A program made the translations under genes and the position numbers. The notes under the pieces are model-generated. The model saw nothing but the letters and a program-made list of their open reading frames with translations. It had not been told where the DNA came from and did not search any database. DNA of 64,000 nt, taken from positions 3,038,001 to 3,102,000 of the forward strand of contig JANJGN010000052.1 of assembly GCA_026770705.1 (NCBI GenBank). Reading direction: 5' to 3'. The DNA is from Isurus oxyrinchus. Lineage: Eukaryota. This document shows, piece after piece, positions 1 to 13,885 of the stretch (position 1 is the stretch's first letter; each line of letters begins with the position of its first letter).

Positions 1-112
1 TCAACTTTTTTTTATTGGTTTTAACTGAGCTTTCTGAATGTTGCACCTTTTTCCATGCTGTAAAAGATTGTGAGAAGCTTATGAATTATGTATAATTTAA
101 CATCTGTTAATA

Positions 113-2165
113 CAAGGTGAGGTGAGAGTGACTGTCTTTGACATCAAGGCTGCATTTGACCGAGTGTGGCATCTAGGATCCCGAGCATAACTGCAATCAA
201 TGGGAATCAGGGGTGGTACAAAAGCATAATAATTTGCTTAATATTTTCCTGGTTTGTTGTAAACTAGGTTTATGGGTGTGAGTGTAGATGGGTCTGTCTG
301 TGTGGCTTAATTACATCTGGAGTCAGGTACACTGCAAGTTTGAGATTATCAAAAGAAGCTAGATGTAGAAATGTACTTGAAATGCTAATGAGAACACATG
401 GAGGCTGTGTTAGCATGTAAGGTGTGAAGGGGTTGTTTAGATTTCAAAGGGATGTTGGTCTGTTTGGGACAAGCCCAATAAGCAAAGCTAAGGAGTTTTT
501 TTTTTAATTTTACCCAAACTTCATTGACAATATTGGCAACATGAAAGTTTATATTATGGGAAAGGTACAGCTCCAAAGAATTTACACATCAAAGAGAGAG
601 AAACATGTATAAAGGAGAATGAAAGGCTATGTTGGGGGCCATGTAAGATCTAACAGGAGTGTGTGAAACAGGCTTGAAGAAGCCTCCAGGCATTTGTGCA
701 TAAGTCTGTTATGTTCAGTAAATAAAGTTGGAGAAATCCATTTAGATTTCCAGTGTCAAGTGTGTGCTGTGTTAACTCGCTGGGTTTGTTTTTAATCTAA
801 AATCTTATTTTGGACTGTTGCCTTAAACGGGCTCTGTAACTGGGAGTCAGGTTAATTAGGAATTTGAGAATTTATTTTAGCTGTAACTAACCGTGGTATT
901 ATGTCTGTGCTTGAAATCTTTTATTTTGTTAATAAATATCTTAATCCAATTTTTAAAATCTCTAAAGGTTGTGGTCAACTCATTACTCCTGAATTCAGTG
1001 CACGCTTCTTGTAATAAATACAAATTGCAAAACTATTGTGATAGCATGACCAATTTTCCCTTGTGGATTTGGAGCACCAAGCACACATCATCTGCCATGT
1101 CATATCACAGGGAAAAATCTCCACTCGTTGGATTCATACCAAGTACAAAGGAAGGTGGTTGTGGTTGTTGGAGGTCAGTCATCTCAGTTCCAGGACATCA
1201 CCGCAGGAGTTGCTCAGTGTAGTGTCCTAGGCCCAACCATCTTCAGCTGCTTCATCAATGACATTCATTCTATCAGATGGTCAGAATTATGGATGGTCGC
1301 TGATGATTGCACAACGTTCAACATCATTCATGACTCATCAGATGCTGAAGCAGTCCATGTCCAAATGCAGCAAGACCTGGACAATATCCAGGCTTGGCCT
1401 GACAAGTGGCAAGTAACATTCATGCCAGACAAGTGCCAGGCAATGACCATTTCCAACCAGAGAGAATATATCCATCTCCCCTTAATGTCCAATAGCATCA
1501 CCATTGCTGAATCCCACACTATCAACACTCTGGGGGTTACCAATGACTAGAAACTGAACTGTACTAGCCATATAAACACTGTGACTATAAGAGCAGGCCA
1601 GAGCCTGGGAATCCTGTGGTGAGTAACTCACCTCCTGACTCCCCAAAGCCTGTCCACCAACCTCAAGGCACAGGTCAGAAGTGATGGAATACTCTCCACC
1701 TGCCTAGATGAGTGCAGCTCCAACAACACTCAAGAAGCTCGACACCATCCAGGACAAAGCAGCCCCGCTTGATTTGCGCCCCGTCCACAAACATTCTCTC
1801 CCTCTACAACTGACGCACAGTGGCAGCAGTGTGTGTACCATCTACAAGATGCAACGCAGGGAGTCACCAAGCCTCCTTAGACAGCACCTTCCAAACACAT
1901 GATCACTACCATCTAGAAGGACAAGGGCAGCAGACACATGGGAACACCACCACCTGGAAGTTCCCCTCCAAGTCACTCACCATCCTGACTTGGAAATATA
2001 TCACCGTTCCTTCACTGTCGCTGGGTCAGAATCCTGCAACACCCTCCCAAACAGTTCTGTGGGTGTACATACACCACAGGGACTGCAGCAGCTCAAGAAG
2101 ACAGCTCACCCCCATATTCTCAAGGACAATTAGGGATGGGCAATAAATTCTGGCCTAGCCAGTGT
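113..2165 (+). mobile_element. Degraded CR1-like LINE (RT C-terminal part and 3' end), interrupted by an insertion at about 212-1107
   Basis: DIKAAFDRVWH at about 140 resumes at about 1110 with GVAQCSVLGPTIFSCFIND...ADD...DLDNIQAWPDKWQVTF, typical CR1 RT motifs, with stops. Confidence 0.85.
212..1107. mobile_element. About 0.9-kb solo-LTR-like insertion inside the CR1 RT
   Basis: LINE reading frame is contiguous across the block; CAGG flanks both sides (possible TSD); ends ...gtcatatca, resembling termini of the elements at 19346 and 23726. Confidence 0.55.
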
Positions 2166-2319
2166 CAGTGAATGAATACAAAAAAGAAGCAATTAAAACG
2201 CCCTGACATTTCTGTACATTTTTATCAAATTAAATACGTACTCTAGTGAATAATTCCATTCTCCAAGGCACCACTTCCTGTTGTCACATGTCCTTCTGAT
2301 TATTTAAATTCCTGTAGTC

Positions 2320-2865
2320 ACTGGGGTCAGTCCTGGACCCCGCACCTCAGGGAGGGGATATTGTCCTCGGAGGGGCTGCAACCCAGAGTCACCAGAACGA
2401 TCCCGGGGCTGAAAGGGTTAAATCCCGAGGACAGGTTGCACAGACCAGGCTTGTGTTCCCTCGAGTCTCGAAGATTAAGGGGTGATCTAATCGAGGGGTT
2501 TAAGATGATTAAAGGCTTTGTTACGGGCAATAGAGAGAAACTATTTCCTCTGATGGGGGTGAGGTGAGGGGGTGGTGGTGGGGGTGAGGTGAGGGGGGGG
2601 GTCCAGAACAAGGGGGCAGAACATTAAAATTGGAGCCAGGCCGTTCAGGGGGTGATGTCAGGAAGCACTTCTTCACACAAAGGTGGGGGGTGGAAATCTG
2701 GAACTCTCTCCCCCAGAAAAAGCTGTCGAGACTGGGAGGGGTCAATTGTAAATTTCAAAACTGAGATTGGGAGATGTTTGTTGGGTCGGGGGTTAAGGGT
2801 TACAGAACCGAGGCGGGTGGATGGGGTTAAGATACAGATCGGACGTGATCCAATCAAATGTTAGG
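2320..2865 (+). mobile_element. CR1-like LINE 3' fragment
   Basis: RL..PGLCSLESRRLRGDLIE.FKMIKG motif of the CR1 ORF2 C-terminus. Confidence 0.75.
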
Positions 2866-3939
2866 ACGGTGAGTCTCAGGGAGGCTGGCCCAACCCCAGA
2901 CGCAGCCGTCTCTGTGACCTGCTTCAACCCTGTGAGTCAGCAATGACAACATGAGTTGATGTTAGCCTGATATGTAGTGCATGGAGGGATATTACTCTCC
3001 AGGGTGTGTGTGCATCACAGTGCTCATTCACATGTGTTCCATGTGCACCTACATCAGCTGTGTAGACATACAAGCCTCAATGCTGCATCCGGGGAGTGTA
3101 CCATGTCTCACACCTTAGCTGCAGCACGACCCTTCCCTTGGAGCTCTGTGTGCTCGAGACATATTTTGTTATTTTTTCCTGCCGTCTCTGTGTCCCCCGA
3201 CCCGGGAGTGAAAATCCGGCCTTAACTTCCACTTTCTAGTGTCTGAGACAAGAGGCAATGAGTGAGTGGGCTGACGGTCAGGATTAATGCTGTTAATCTG
3301 TGTTTGAGGGGCTGTGAATTCTCGGGGGACTAGTTACTCTCTGAGCAGCAGCTTCCAAATCCTTATTTGATGCCGTGCATGTGGGGTTGGAGGATTTTTT
3401 TTAAAACCACAGGCAGTTCACAGAAACCCACAGGAAACCCACAGAGAGACAGTCACTGAGAAAGTCACTCACTCCTTGTGGTTTCACCTTTTAACCACAT
3501 CCTGTCTGTGTGGCTTAAATGTTAAACACAGTGGCCAGACTCAAGGAGGTTTCACTCTGTNNNNNNNNNNNNNNNNNNNNNNNNNNNNNNNNNNNNNNNN
3601 NNNNNNNNNNNNNNNNNNNNNNNNNNNNNNNNNNNNNNNNNNNNNNNNNNNNNNNNNNNNNNNNNNNNNNNNNNNNNNNNNNNNNNNNNNNNNNNNNNNN
3701 NNNNNNNNNNNNNNNNNNNNNNNNNNNNNNNNNNNNNNNNNNNNNNNNNNNNNNNNNNNNNNNNNNNNNNNNNNNNNNNNNNNNNNNNNNNNNNNNNNNN
3801 NNNNCTTACAGACAGACACAAACACACACATTCACACACACACACACATTCACTCACACACACACATTCACTCACACACTCACTCACACACACAAACACA
3901 CACACAAAGACAATATCCGAACGACAACAAACTGCGATT

Positions 3940-4977
3940 AAGAACTTCCTGCAACTTAACTAACAGACCAAAGACGTATTGAACTGTCTAAAAGTGATCT
4001 GTTTTTCAAAGAAATACAAGATTGTACACAGATCAAAAATGGCTGACACAAGTCACCTGATTGCTGATACTGTGAAGTTGATCACTTCTCTGGAAAGGTT
4101 CAAATGAATTGCACTGCAGACCTGTTGCATGGAAGTTCACGCCTGGGGTGTGTCAGGGTCCACTTCAAATAGAGACACTCTTAAAAGGAAGGCATTAAAA
4201 TGCAAAGTGCTGGACTTTGATCAGCTGTAGTTCAATCAAAACATTGGGAACTGCTCACCAAGCGGATAATCATCAACCATTCAAAACCCCCTGTGGAGGA
4301 TACAATACCCCCGTCTCCTGTTGATTTATATCTTGAAATGCATCAAAGGTTTCAGAGATGCAAAGATAAAAAAATGGGAATACTTGGTCTATAACAATGA
4401 ATGCAAAACATGCTGATCGAATTGACTTCAGGGATATACAGACAGGAGTTTAACAAATGGTTCTGCCAAGCAGATATAAGAGAAAGGAGGGGAAAAAGAA
4501 ATATGGCAGTCTTCCACAAACACTGCTGGAAAAGAGCAGAAATGATTTCTCCCTCTCTCTCTCTCTCTGTCTGAAGCTAACAGAATGTCTTCAACAATGT
4601 GCAAGTCTGAGCCAGATAAAATACAGGAATCTACAGAAAACCAACTAATTTAAAACAGCTTCAAACTTCACAGCCTACGCTGTAGTACAAGCAAACGACT
4701 CTTTTAATTTTTTATTGGACTCTATAATTATNNNNNNNNNNNNNNNNNNNNNNNNNNNNNNNNNNNNNNNNNNNNNNNNNNNNNNNNNNNNNNNNNNNNN
4801 NNNNNNNNNNNNNNNNNNNNNNNNNNNNNNNNNNNNNNNNNNNNNNNNNNNNNNNNNNNNNNNNNNNNNNNNNNNNNNNNNNNNNNNNNNNNNNNNNNNN
4901 NNNNNNNNNTGCATGTGAGCCTGTCTGTGTGTATCTGTCTGTGTGTGTATGTCTGTGCACCTATCTGTGTGTATGTG

Positions 4978-5019
<42 letters not shown>

Positions 5020-6140
5020 CATTTGTGTCTGTGTTTTGTCCCATTTTAATTATTTTTCCTCCAGTTAGGTAACTAATAAACTTACTCTTTCTTTGACTCC
5101 ACCAAACGTGGTTTAATTGGTTCATTCTTAACAATCAAAGAGACTTGCTTTGGAAATTGCATTTGGGGGAAAATATATTTTAAACCCTTTTTTTCAACCA
5201 ACCATAATTACCTCTTAAACATCTTAATCTCATTACTACTGAATTCAAAGCCCACATCTCAAAACATACAAGTTGGAAATTAGTTGTGACAGTTGTTTCA
5301 AGTTTCCCTCCAGGATTTGAACAGCTCAGCATTTACCATCTGTTGTGTCATAACAGAGCTTCCTTCAACTTAACCAACGAGCCAAAAACGTATTGAACTG
5401 TTTAAAGGAGACCTGTTTTTCAAAAGTACAAGATTAGGCATTGATCAAAAATGGCTGTCACGAGGCACCTGATTGCTGATACTGCAAACTTGATCACTTC
5501 TCTGGAAAGCTTCAAATGAATTGCACTACAGACATGTTGCATGAAAGTTCTCACTGAGGTGTGTCAGGGTCCACCTGAAACAGTGGCTCCATTAAAAATG
5601 CAAAGCGCTGGACTCTGATCACTGTAGGTCTATCAAGCTAATGGGAACTGCTCACCATGCAGATATTCATCAGTCATTCAAAACCCCTTGTGGAGGATGA
5701 AATGCCTTCATCTCCTGTTGATTTATATCTTGAAATGCATCAAATGTTTCAGAGATGCAAAGATCAAAAATGGGATTACTTGGTCTGCGACAATGAATGC
5801 AAGACATGCTGATCGAATTCCCTTTGGGAATATACAGACAGGAGTTTAACAACAGGTTCTGTCAAGCAGATATAAGAGAAAGTAGGAGGAAAAAGAAAGA
5901 TGGCAGTCACTCAAAACACTGCTGGAAAAGAGCAGAAATTCTCTCTCTCTCTCTCTCTCTTTCTGAAGCTAACAGAGCATCTTCAACAAAGTGCAAATCT
6001 GAATCAAATCACCACCAGGATGCCACAGGAAACCAATTAACCTTGAACAGCTGCAAACGTCAATAATCTACACCTCAAAGACAAGCAATTGTATTAATCA
6101 TATATTCTTTTAAATTTTTATTGGACTCTAACTTTTTAAT
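3940..6140 (+). repeat. Two related ~0.8-kb interspersed (LTR-like) repeats at about 3940-4730 and 5365-6140; paralogs at about 40040-40860 and 42790-43560
   Basis: Shared 'caacttaac...gtattgaactg...gatcaaaaatggctg...gatcacttctctggaaag' blocks. Confidence 0.6.
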
Positions 6141-6533
6141 TATGACTTGTGTGTCTGTGTGTGTGTCTGTCTGACTGCTTCTGTGAGTCAGTGTGTGTCT
6201 GTGTGTGTGTCTGTCTGTCTGCTTCTGTGAGTCAGTGTGTGTCTGTGTGTGTGTGTCTGGGTGAACATGTGTGAGTGAGTGTGTGTCTGTCTATGTACCC
6301 TTGTGAGTGAGTGTGTGTGTGTGTGTACATGTGTGCATGCGGATTGTTGCATCTTTATTATTAACGTTATTTAAAAATAGTGATCACACAAGCCTGGTTT
6401 CTAAGGAAATGAAACTGCAAACAATTTACAGTAAAGTGAAACGTACAGGAATAATCTATTTATTTTGAGCTGATGATATATAATTATACATGAGGCATGT
6501 TGCTAATTTCAAATGTCATCTGAAATATGGCAG

Positions 6534-6820
6534 GTCTGACAGAGCAGCATTCCCTCAGTGCCCACCCTCTGACAGTGCAGCACTCCCTCAGCATTGACCC
6601 TTTGAGAGTGCAGCACTCCTTCAGTATTGACCCTCTGGAAGTGCAGCACTCCCTCAGCACTGACCCTCTGGGAGTGCAGCTCTCCCTCAGTACCGACCCT
6701 CTGGAAGTGCAGCACTCCCTCAGTGCTAACCCTCCAACAGTGCAGCACTCTCTCAGTACTGACCCTCTGACAGTGCAGCACTCCCTCAGTACTGACCCTC
6801 CAACAGTGCAGCACTCCCTC
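6534..6820 (+). repeat. 33-bp minisatellite (cagtgcagcactccctcagtactgaccctctga)n
   Basis: Direct tandem units visible; source of the QHSLSTDPLTV pseudo-ORFs. Confidence 0.9.
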
Positions 6821-8239
6821 ACTGGGAAGAGTCCGTCCGCATTTTAAGCTGAAACCTTGAGACGGTCTCAAAATCCCAACCTTCCATCTCAGAGAGAGAG
6901 AGTGCGTTTATGTGAGAGAGAGAGACAATGTATGTGTGAGAGACTGAGAGTGTGTATGTGTGAGAGAGCAAAAGAGAGGTAGAGTGTGTGTGCATGAGAG
7001 AGGGAGGTAGCTTGTGTGTGTGAGAGAGAGAGTGTGTGTGAGAGAAAGAGAACGTCTGTGAGAGTGAGAGAGAATTTATGTGTGAGAGAGAAAGATAGAG
7101 AGAATGTGCGTGTGAGATAGTGTGTGTGCAAAACAGAGTGTGTGTCTGTGAGAGAGTGTTTGTGTATGTGAGAGTGTGTGTGTGAGATCGTGTGTGTGTG
7201 TGTGTTTGAGAAAGAGGGTGTGTGTGTTTGAGAGAGGGAGTGTGCGAGAAAGAGATGGTGTGAGTGTTTGAGGGAGGGGGAGATTGTGTGTTTGAGACAG
7301 GGAGTGAGAGAGAACATGTGAGTGAGAGAGAGAGTGTGTGTGTATGTGTGTGTGTGAAAGAGAAAGTGTTTGTGCAAAACAGTGTGTGTTTGAGAGTATG
7401 TGTGCATGTGTGAGTGTGTGTGTGTGTGTGCTAATGTTTGTGTCTGTGTGTGTGTGAGGGTTTGTGTGTGAGTGAGTTTGTGCGTTTGTGTGCGTGTGTG
7501 TGTGCATGTGTGTGCGTGAAAGAGTGTTTGTGCAAAAGAGTGNNNNNNNNNNNNNNNNNNNNNNNNNNNNNNNNNNNNNNNNNNNNNNNNNNNNNNNNNN
7601 NNNNNNNNNNNNNNNNNNNNNNNNNNNNNNNNNNNNNNNNNNNNNNNNNNNNNNNNNNNNNNNNNNNNNNNNNNNNNNNNNNNNNNNNNNNNNNNNNNNN
7701 NNNNNNNNNNNNNNNNNNNNNNNNNNNNNGTTCACAGTTACACACGTTGCTAGGGACCACTTTTCCGCCTCTCTGTCAGACTGTGTGTATCTGACAGCAG
7801 GTCAGGCAGAAATAGTCCAGAATGCGCTGTGGTTTTGTAGCATTGAAACAACGACAGGAACTAAATGAGTGCTGCACCAAATAAAGACATGGAGTTACCA
7901 CACCAAAAAACCACGTGACATCCCCAGTTTCACATCTCCCTCAAACACAGAAAAAGTGGGTTAACACTGACCCTCCTCCCAGAGCCAGTTCACCTCGTGT
8001 CCGATGCAGTCAGGAGAGGAAGATCATCTCTCCTCCGATCCTGGTAAACTGAACATTTCCAGAATTAGATCAGCTCCCTGAAGTGTCTCCAGTTAGACAT
8101 TCATCTGACAGGATTGACTCTACAACCCTGGGGACTCATTCTCCTGTAAGTAAAACACTTGCTGCTCCTGTCAAATCTCTTCTGTACAGCATGGTCTCTG
8201 GATGTCCCAGAACACTTTACAATAGAGTTCACCCTTTTT

Positions 8240-8465
8240 TCGAAGTGTGGTTACTGTTGTAATGTAGGAAACGCAGCAGCCAATTAGCGCACAGCAAGCT
8301 CCCAAAAACAGCAATGTGATCATCTGTTTTTAGTGATGTTGGTTGAGGGATAAATATTGGTCCCAGGACACCGGGGAGATCTCCCCCCTGCTCTTCCTCC
8401 AAATAGTGGCTGTGGGATCTTTCACACCCGCCCGAGAGGGCAGACGGGGGACTCGGTTTAGTGTC
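8240..8465 (-). mobile_element. SINE fragment (Deu/shark SINE-like); related copies at about 15170-15440 (+) and 45445-45665 (-)
   Basis: 'gtaatgtaggaaacgcagcagccaatt...gcacagcaagctccc...gagggataaatattgg' recurs in both orientations; family assignment from memory. Confidence 0.6.
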
Positions 8466-9489
8466 TAATATTGGACTAATCTCCAGGTGAGGTTGGCTAG
8501 ATGGTTTATTGACAAGGTCCATTCACCCTGTAAAGAGTTTCTCTGGTTTGAAATACCCGATCAAACATCGAGTTCTGTGTCTAAACCTTGTGTTGAAAAG
8601 ACACCTTTCCAGCTCTTCACCTGCCATTAGCTTGTTGAGTCTTCACATGCTCCGTCTGTCCGTGACCAACCCCTCTTAGCTCATCCTTTCCTTGTCGTAC
8701 ATCGAGCTGTTCATCCTGACGGGTTCCCTCCTTCCCAGTAACACTCCATCTCCGACATCAAACTAACTCCCAACACGTTGATGAATTGTATGGATTCCAG
8801 CGTCAGTTGGTTCTGTCTGAGGCTGTTTCTCTGATCGGGGACCGAGCTGTTCTGAATGGACATTGTGTTCAGTACTGATCCTCCGACAGTGCAGCACTCC
8901 CTCAGTACTTACCCTCTGACAGTGCAGCACGCCCTCAGTACTGATCCTCTGACAGTGCAGCACTCCCTCACCACTCCCTCACTGGGGAGAATCTACCTGG
9001 GTTTTGAGCTGAAATCATGAGCAGGTCTTAAAACATTCTGTATCAGAGAGAGAGAGAGTGTCTGAGAGAGAGAGAGAGACAGAGAGACTGTGTGAGAGAG
9101 AAAAAGAGATAGAGAGTGTGCATGTGTGAGGGCGAGTGTTTGTATATGAGGGAGAGAGGGTGCATGTGAGAGTGTGTGAGAGAGAGTGTGTGGGAGAGAG
9201 CGTGTGTTTGTGACAGAGAGTGTGTGTGTGTGTGCGAGGGAGAGAAAGAGAGAGACAGCAGAAGATCGAGATGAAGAGAAATGTTAAATGTTTGAGAGAG
9301 AGATAATGTGTGTGTCTGAGAGAGAGAGTGTGTGTGTGTGAGAGAGAGTGTGTGCTTGACAGAAAGAGAGATTGTGTTAGTTTTAGGGAAAGTGTGTGTG
9401 TGTGAGAGAGTGTTTGTGTCTGAGAGAGAGAGAGAATGTATTTGAGGGAGGGAGACAGAGAGAATGTGTATGTGAGAGAGAGAGAGAGA

Positions 9490-10143
9490 GCAGAAGAGTG
9501 CGATAGAGAGAGATTGTGAGTGTTAGATAGAGAATGTGTGTGTGTGAGAGAGAGAGAGAGAGAGCAGAAGAGTGTGATAGAGAGAGATTGTGAGTGTTAG
9601 AGAGAGAATGTGTGTGTGTGTGAGAGAGAGATAGAGCAGAAGAGTGTGATAGAGAGAGATTGTGAGTGTTAGAGAGAGAATGTGTGTGTGTGAGAGAGAG
9701 AGAGATAGAGCAGAAGAGTGTGATAGAGAGAGATTGTGAGTGTTAGAGAGAGAATGTGTGTGTGAGAGAGAGAGAGATAGAGCAGAAGAGTGTGATAGAG
9801 AGAGATTGTGAGTGTTAGAGAGAGAATGTGTGTGTGTGTGAGAGAGAGATAGAGCAGAAGAGTGTGATAGAGAGAGATTGTGAGTGTTAGAGAGACAATG
9901 TGTGTGTGAGAGAGAGAGATAGAGCAGAAGAGTGTGATAGAGAGAGATTGTGAGTGTTAGAGAGAGAATGTGTGTGTGAGAGAGAGAGAGATAGAGCAGA
10001 AGAGTGTGATAGAGAGAGATTGTGAGTGTTAGAGAGAGAATGTGTGTGTGTGAGAGAGAGAGATAGAGAGAGATTGTGAGTGTTAGAGAGAGAATGTGTG
10101 TGTGTGAGAGAGAGAGATAGAGCAGAAGAGTGTGATAGAGAGA
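9490..10143 (+). repeat. Compound ~62-66-bp GA/GT-rich tandem repeat
   Basis: Unit agcagaagagtgtgatagagagagattgtgagtgttagagagagaatgtgtg... repeated about 10 times. Confidence 0.85.
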
Positions 10144-10635
10144 GTTCTAATCAAATCAAGGTTCGTTCTTTGTTTGTCTTTGGTGGGCTTCCCCAGGTGA
10201 TTGATGTCTCGTTGTTGTTAATGGGCTCGCATGATGTTTATCATTGTCTTCCTGCCCAGTAACTAGTTTTGAACTGAAAGCCATTGTATGTGTGGAGTAT
10301 TGATGGGTTCGCATAATTAAATTGCCGGCCTCAGAAGTTAGGAGCGATTATTGATGCAAGATTTAGATGGGCTTCAGTTGCGTGTGAAGTGAAGTCTTTC
10401 TCTGGGTTGATTGTATTAAAGGGAAGAATGCGTATTCTGTCTCCTCTCGTTGTCTGGTTTCAGGCCAAACATTCCACACTGCTCTCAATAAGCCCGGACA
10501 TGTGCAGCCCCAGGCCTTCATGGGCCCAGCCTCCTGTCTGCAGGGTTTTCCACTTAACTCAGCAGTTTAAAGGTGCAAAAGTGATATCCTTGTTGATGAT
10601 ATGGAAAATGTGGGAATTTTGAGAACCCTTCAAGA

Positions 10636-11232
10636 GATAGGGAGGGTTACAGGGGCTGGAGGAGGTTACAGGTATAGGGAGGGGTGTAGGGGTTGAAGGT
10701 GGTTACAGAGATGGGGAGGGTTACAGGGGCTGGAGGAGGTTACAGAGATAGGGAGGGGTGTAGGGGTTGAAGGTGGTTACAGAGATGGGGAGGGTTGTGG
10801 GGGTTGGAGGAGGTTACAGATATAGGGAGGGGTGTAGGGGTTGAAGGTGGTTACAGAGATAGGGAGGGTTACAGGGGCTGGAGGAGGTTACAGGTATAGG
10901 GAGGGGTGTAGGGGTTGAAGGTGGTTACAGAGATGGGGAGGGTTGTGGGGGTTGGAGGTGGTTACAGATATAGGGAGGGGTGTAGGGGTTGAAGGTGGTT
11001 ACAGAGATGGGGAGGATTGTAGAGGCAGGTGGAGGCTGCCTTAGGGAGGGTTGTTGGGGCTGGAGGAAAGGGAGAGAGAGAGGAGGTTACAGATATAGGG
11101 AGGGTTGTGGGAGGTGGAGGAGGTTACAGAGATGGGGAGGATTGTAGTGGCTGGTGGAGGTTACAGAGATAGGGAGGGTTGTAGGGGCTGGAGGAAAGGG
11201 ACAGAGAGAGGAGGTTACAGATATAGGGAGGG
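10636..11232 (-). repeat. ~34-bp minisatellite (ggaggttacagagatagggagggttgtaggggct)n
   Basis: Tandem units; reverse complement of the array at 13886-14735. Confidence 0.85.
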
Positions 11233-12309
11233 AGACAGTCAGAGAGAGAGCCTCCAGGAGATAGAGAGCGATAGAGAGATTGAGAGACAGACAGAGACTG
11301 AGAGAGGGAGAAGAGAGAAGGAGAGTGAGAGAGAGAAAGAACAAGTGTGAAAGATGGAGGAAGGGAAGAGTGGGGAGGTGTTGGCCTGATGGTATTTTCA
11401 CTGGACCAGTAATCCAGAGACCCAGTGTAATGCTCCTGGGACCCTGGTTAGAATCCCACCACAGCAGTTGGTAGAATTTCAATTCAATAAAAACCTGGAA
11501 TTAAAAGTCCGATGATGACCAGGAAACCATTGCTGATTCTTGTATTTGGGTCACAAATGCCCTTTAGGGAGGGAAATCTGCTGTCCTTACCTGGTCTGGC
11601 CTACATGTGACTCCAGACCCACAGCAATGTGGTTCACTTTTAAAAAGTGGCCTCTGAACAAGGGCAATTAGGGTTGGGCAATAAATGCTGGCCTGGGCAG
11701 TGATGTCCACATCACATGAAAGAATGAAATAAAAGGACAGAGAGGGACAGACAGAGTCGAGAGACACCCAGAATGAAAAAAACACAGTAAACACTGGAAA
11801 ATAAACATTCTGGTCTGATCTGGTCTTGTATACCTTCAAATGGAACACCAGTAAAACAGGGAAATAAGAGTACTGGGCCAAACTGTTAGAGAGGGGCACA
11901 TTTAGAGAGAGAGAGAGAGAGAGAAAGAGGGAGACACTGAAAGAGATAAGGACAAGGAAAGAAAGAGTGAGAGAGAGAGACAGACAGAGACACACAAAGA
12001 AGTAGAAAGAAAGTGATAGAGATGAAGCAGGAGAGAATGAGGAGAAAGATAGATAGATAGAGAGAGAGGATGGTAGAGAAAGAGAACGAGAGGAAAAGAG
12101 ACAAAGGCAGAATGTGATGGAACACTGAATCCTTGTCTATGCGTTTTGAAATCCAGCCCAGAACTATCATTGGAAGATTCAGCGAGTGTCCAGTACAGGG
12201 GACCCAGCCCAACCTTCTCATCCTGACCTTCCCAGTGGGGCTGAAGAGGGCAGAGAGGAAACCTTCCTCTGTTATTCTGTTGTCGAATAAACACAACAAT
12301 TCTGGAACT

Positions 12310-12930
12310 CTGCCCTTTCTATCTCACGGATTAGAATATAAGGGGGCAGAGGTCATGCTTCAGTCTACATAAAGCCCTGGCTAGACCACACCTGGAGTCA
12401 CTGTGAGACATTCTGGGCCCCACACCTTAGGAAGGATATATTGACCTCGGAGGGAGAGCAGTGTCAGTTTACCAGAATGAGACCGGGACTCCAAGGGTTA
12501 AATCACAAGGAGAGATTAAACACAAACTCGGCTTGTATTCCCTGGAAGTTAGAATGTTAAGCAGGAGATTTGATGAAAGTTCGCATGATATTAAGGGGAA
12601 CAGATTGGGGGCGATAAAGAGAAACCATTTCCCCTGGTTGGGGGGAGTCTGGGACTCGGGGTCAGAGCCTAAAAAGGAGAGGCTGACCTTTCAGGAGTGA
12701 AATTAGGAAGTACAAAGGGTGGGAGAAATTTGGAACGGTCTTCCCCAAACTGAAACTGATGCACGATCAAGTTGTTCATTTTAAACCTGTGAGACTGATA
12801 GATTTTTGTTATCCAAAGGTATTAAAGGAGATGGGACAAAGCCATATGGGGCTAGTTTGCAGATCAGCCATGATCTCATTGAATGGTGGAGCAGGCTCGA
12901 GGGGCCAAATGGCCTCCTCCTACCCTCATG
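12310..12930 (+). mobile_element. CR1-like LINE 3' fragment
   Basis: GLEYKGAEVMLQ..KALARPHLE and KLGLYSLE remnants with frameshifts. Confidence 0.75.
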
Positions 12931-13299
12931 TAATAGAAACTTACCTGTCAGAAGCCAGTTTATGTTGATGTGAGTCTGAGTCGATGACTGAACCCAGTTG
13001 GTGACTTGTTCCATACAAAGCAAGAACGTTCATGCCCTTCAATGTTCCTGGATAAACCATGAACAAAGCTGGTGACAGACAGTCTCCACATGGTAAACAC
13101 TGACCGATCAACACATGACATGGCTGTTAACCCTGAAACCTCAGCGTAAATCAGTTCCCCCTCGAGGCCCCTTGTCCAAAATAAAAGCAACGCACACAAT
13201 TTGTAAAATAGTAAGTGTAGCAATGAGAGGAGTAAGGGGTTAGGGGGCGTGCGCTTCACCTGATTTGCCGACATAAGAACCAGCCCCTCTGTTTTTGCT

Positions 13300-13520
13300 A
13301 TGTTGTGTTGCATCAATATGAACACATATTTGCACAAGGTGAAGGGCGTTGCGGAGGGACTGACAGTTCTCGGCGCCAGACAGTCAATGTCCCAGTGACC
13401 TTACTGCTGGTCCCAGGCCAGTGGGACAGGGAACATCGACACTGCAATATCCAGAAATGGGTGTGATACCACACAGCAAACCGCCCCCGGCTGTCCCCTT
13501 CAAGTGTTTCAGGTATAAGA
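13300..13520 (+). promoter_or_regulatory. Putative Pol II promoter: TATAAGA (13514-13520), GGCGCC+AGAC SMAD/BMP-type element (13372-13381), TTGCATCA (13308) and TATTTGC (13327)
   Basis: Motifs seen directly, 77-280 nt upstream of a signal-peptide ATG; function inferred. Confidence 0.4.
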
Positions 13521-13590
13521 GCAGGAAGCTCCTCTAGTTACAAACCAAAGCATCAAAGCAGAGCCAGAAGATCAGAAGAGACAGGCAGAG

Positions 13591-13683
13591 ATGGGAAGCT
13601 CCCAGATGAAATGGCGACTTGTCTTGTTCACTCTGACTTTGCTGCTCTCCCTGCAGCTGAGTCACTTCTTCTCCTTGTCGAGG
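13591..13683 (+). pseudogene. Orphan first coding exon of a secreted protein: MGSSQMKWRLVLFTLTLLLSLQLSHFFSLSR, phase-0 donor (hepcidin-like architecture, unproven)
   Basis: 31 codons with a basic n-region and hydrophobic core; AGG|GTAAGC donor; TATA upstream; no complete downstream gene found. Confidence 0.5.
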
Positions 13684-13885
13684 GTAAGCTAAGAGATGTC
13701 CCTCTGGGTGAGGTGTTTCTTGCACATGACTCTACATCTACCACCCAGATAGACTGGTCACTTCCGCAGTTTGATATTATTATGTTCGTGCCTTTAATAT
13801 TGTCGCCCTCTATGAATTTAACATCATTTCCTTCTGTCGTTTCCCCTGAAATTCTCATTCTTGTTTTCAATCCCTCCTCAGCCAC

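Larger units (their letters stand above)
1..8872 (+). repeat. Segmental duplication copy 1 (3' flank of a Siglec-like gene ending just left of the window); paralog of 36124-46076
   Basis: Position 1 'tcaacttttt...tattggtt' matches 36124 onward, 79 nt after the gene A stop. Collinear high identity by eye, with identical spurious ORFs (2977 vs 38976), until about 8872/46076. Confidence 0.9.

Noticed and set aside
1128-1550. Reverse-transcriptase ORF as an active gene (also 37250, 51308)
   Set aside because: Truncated CR1 LINE remnants with stops and frameshifts.
3476-7868. His/Thr- or Cys/Val-rich ORFs spanning N runs
   Set aside because: CA/GT microsatellites and assembly gaps.
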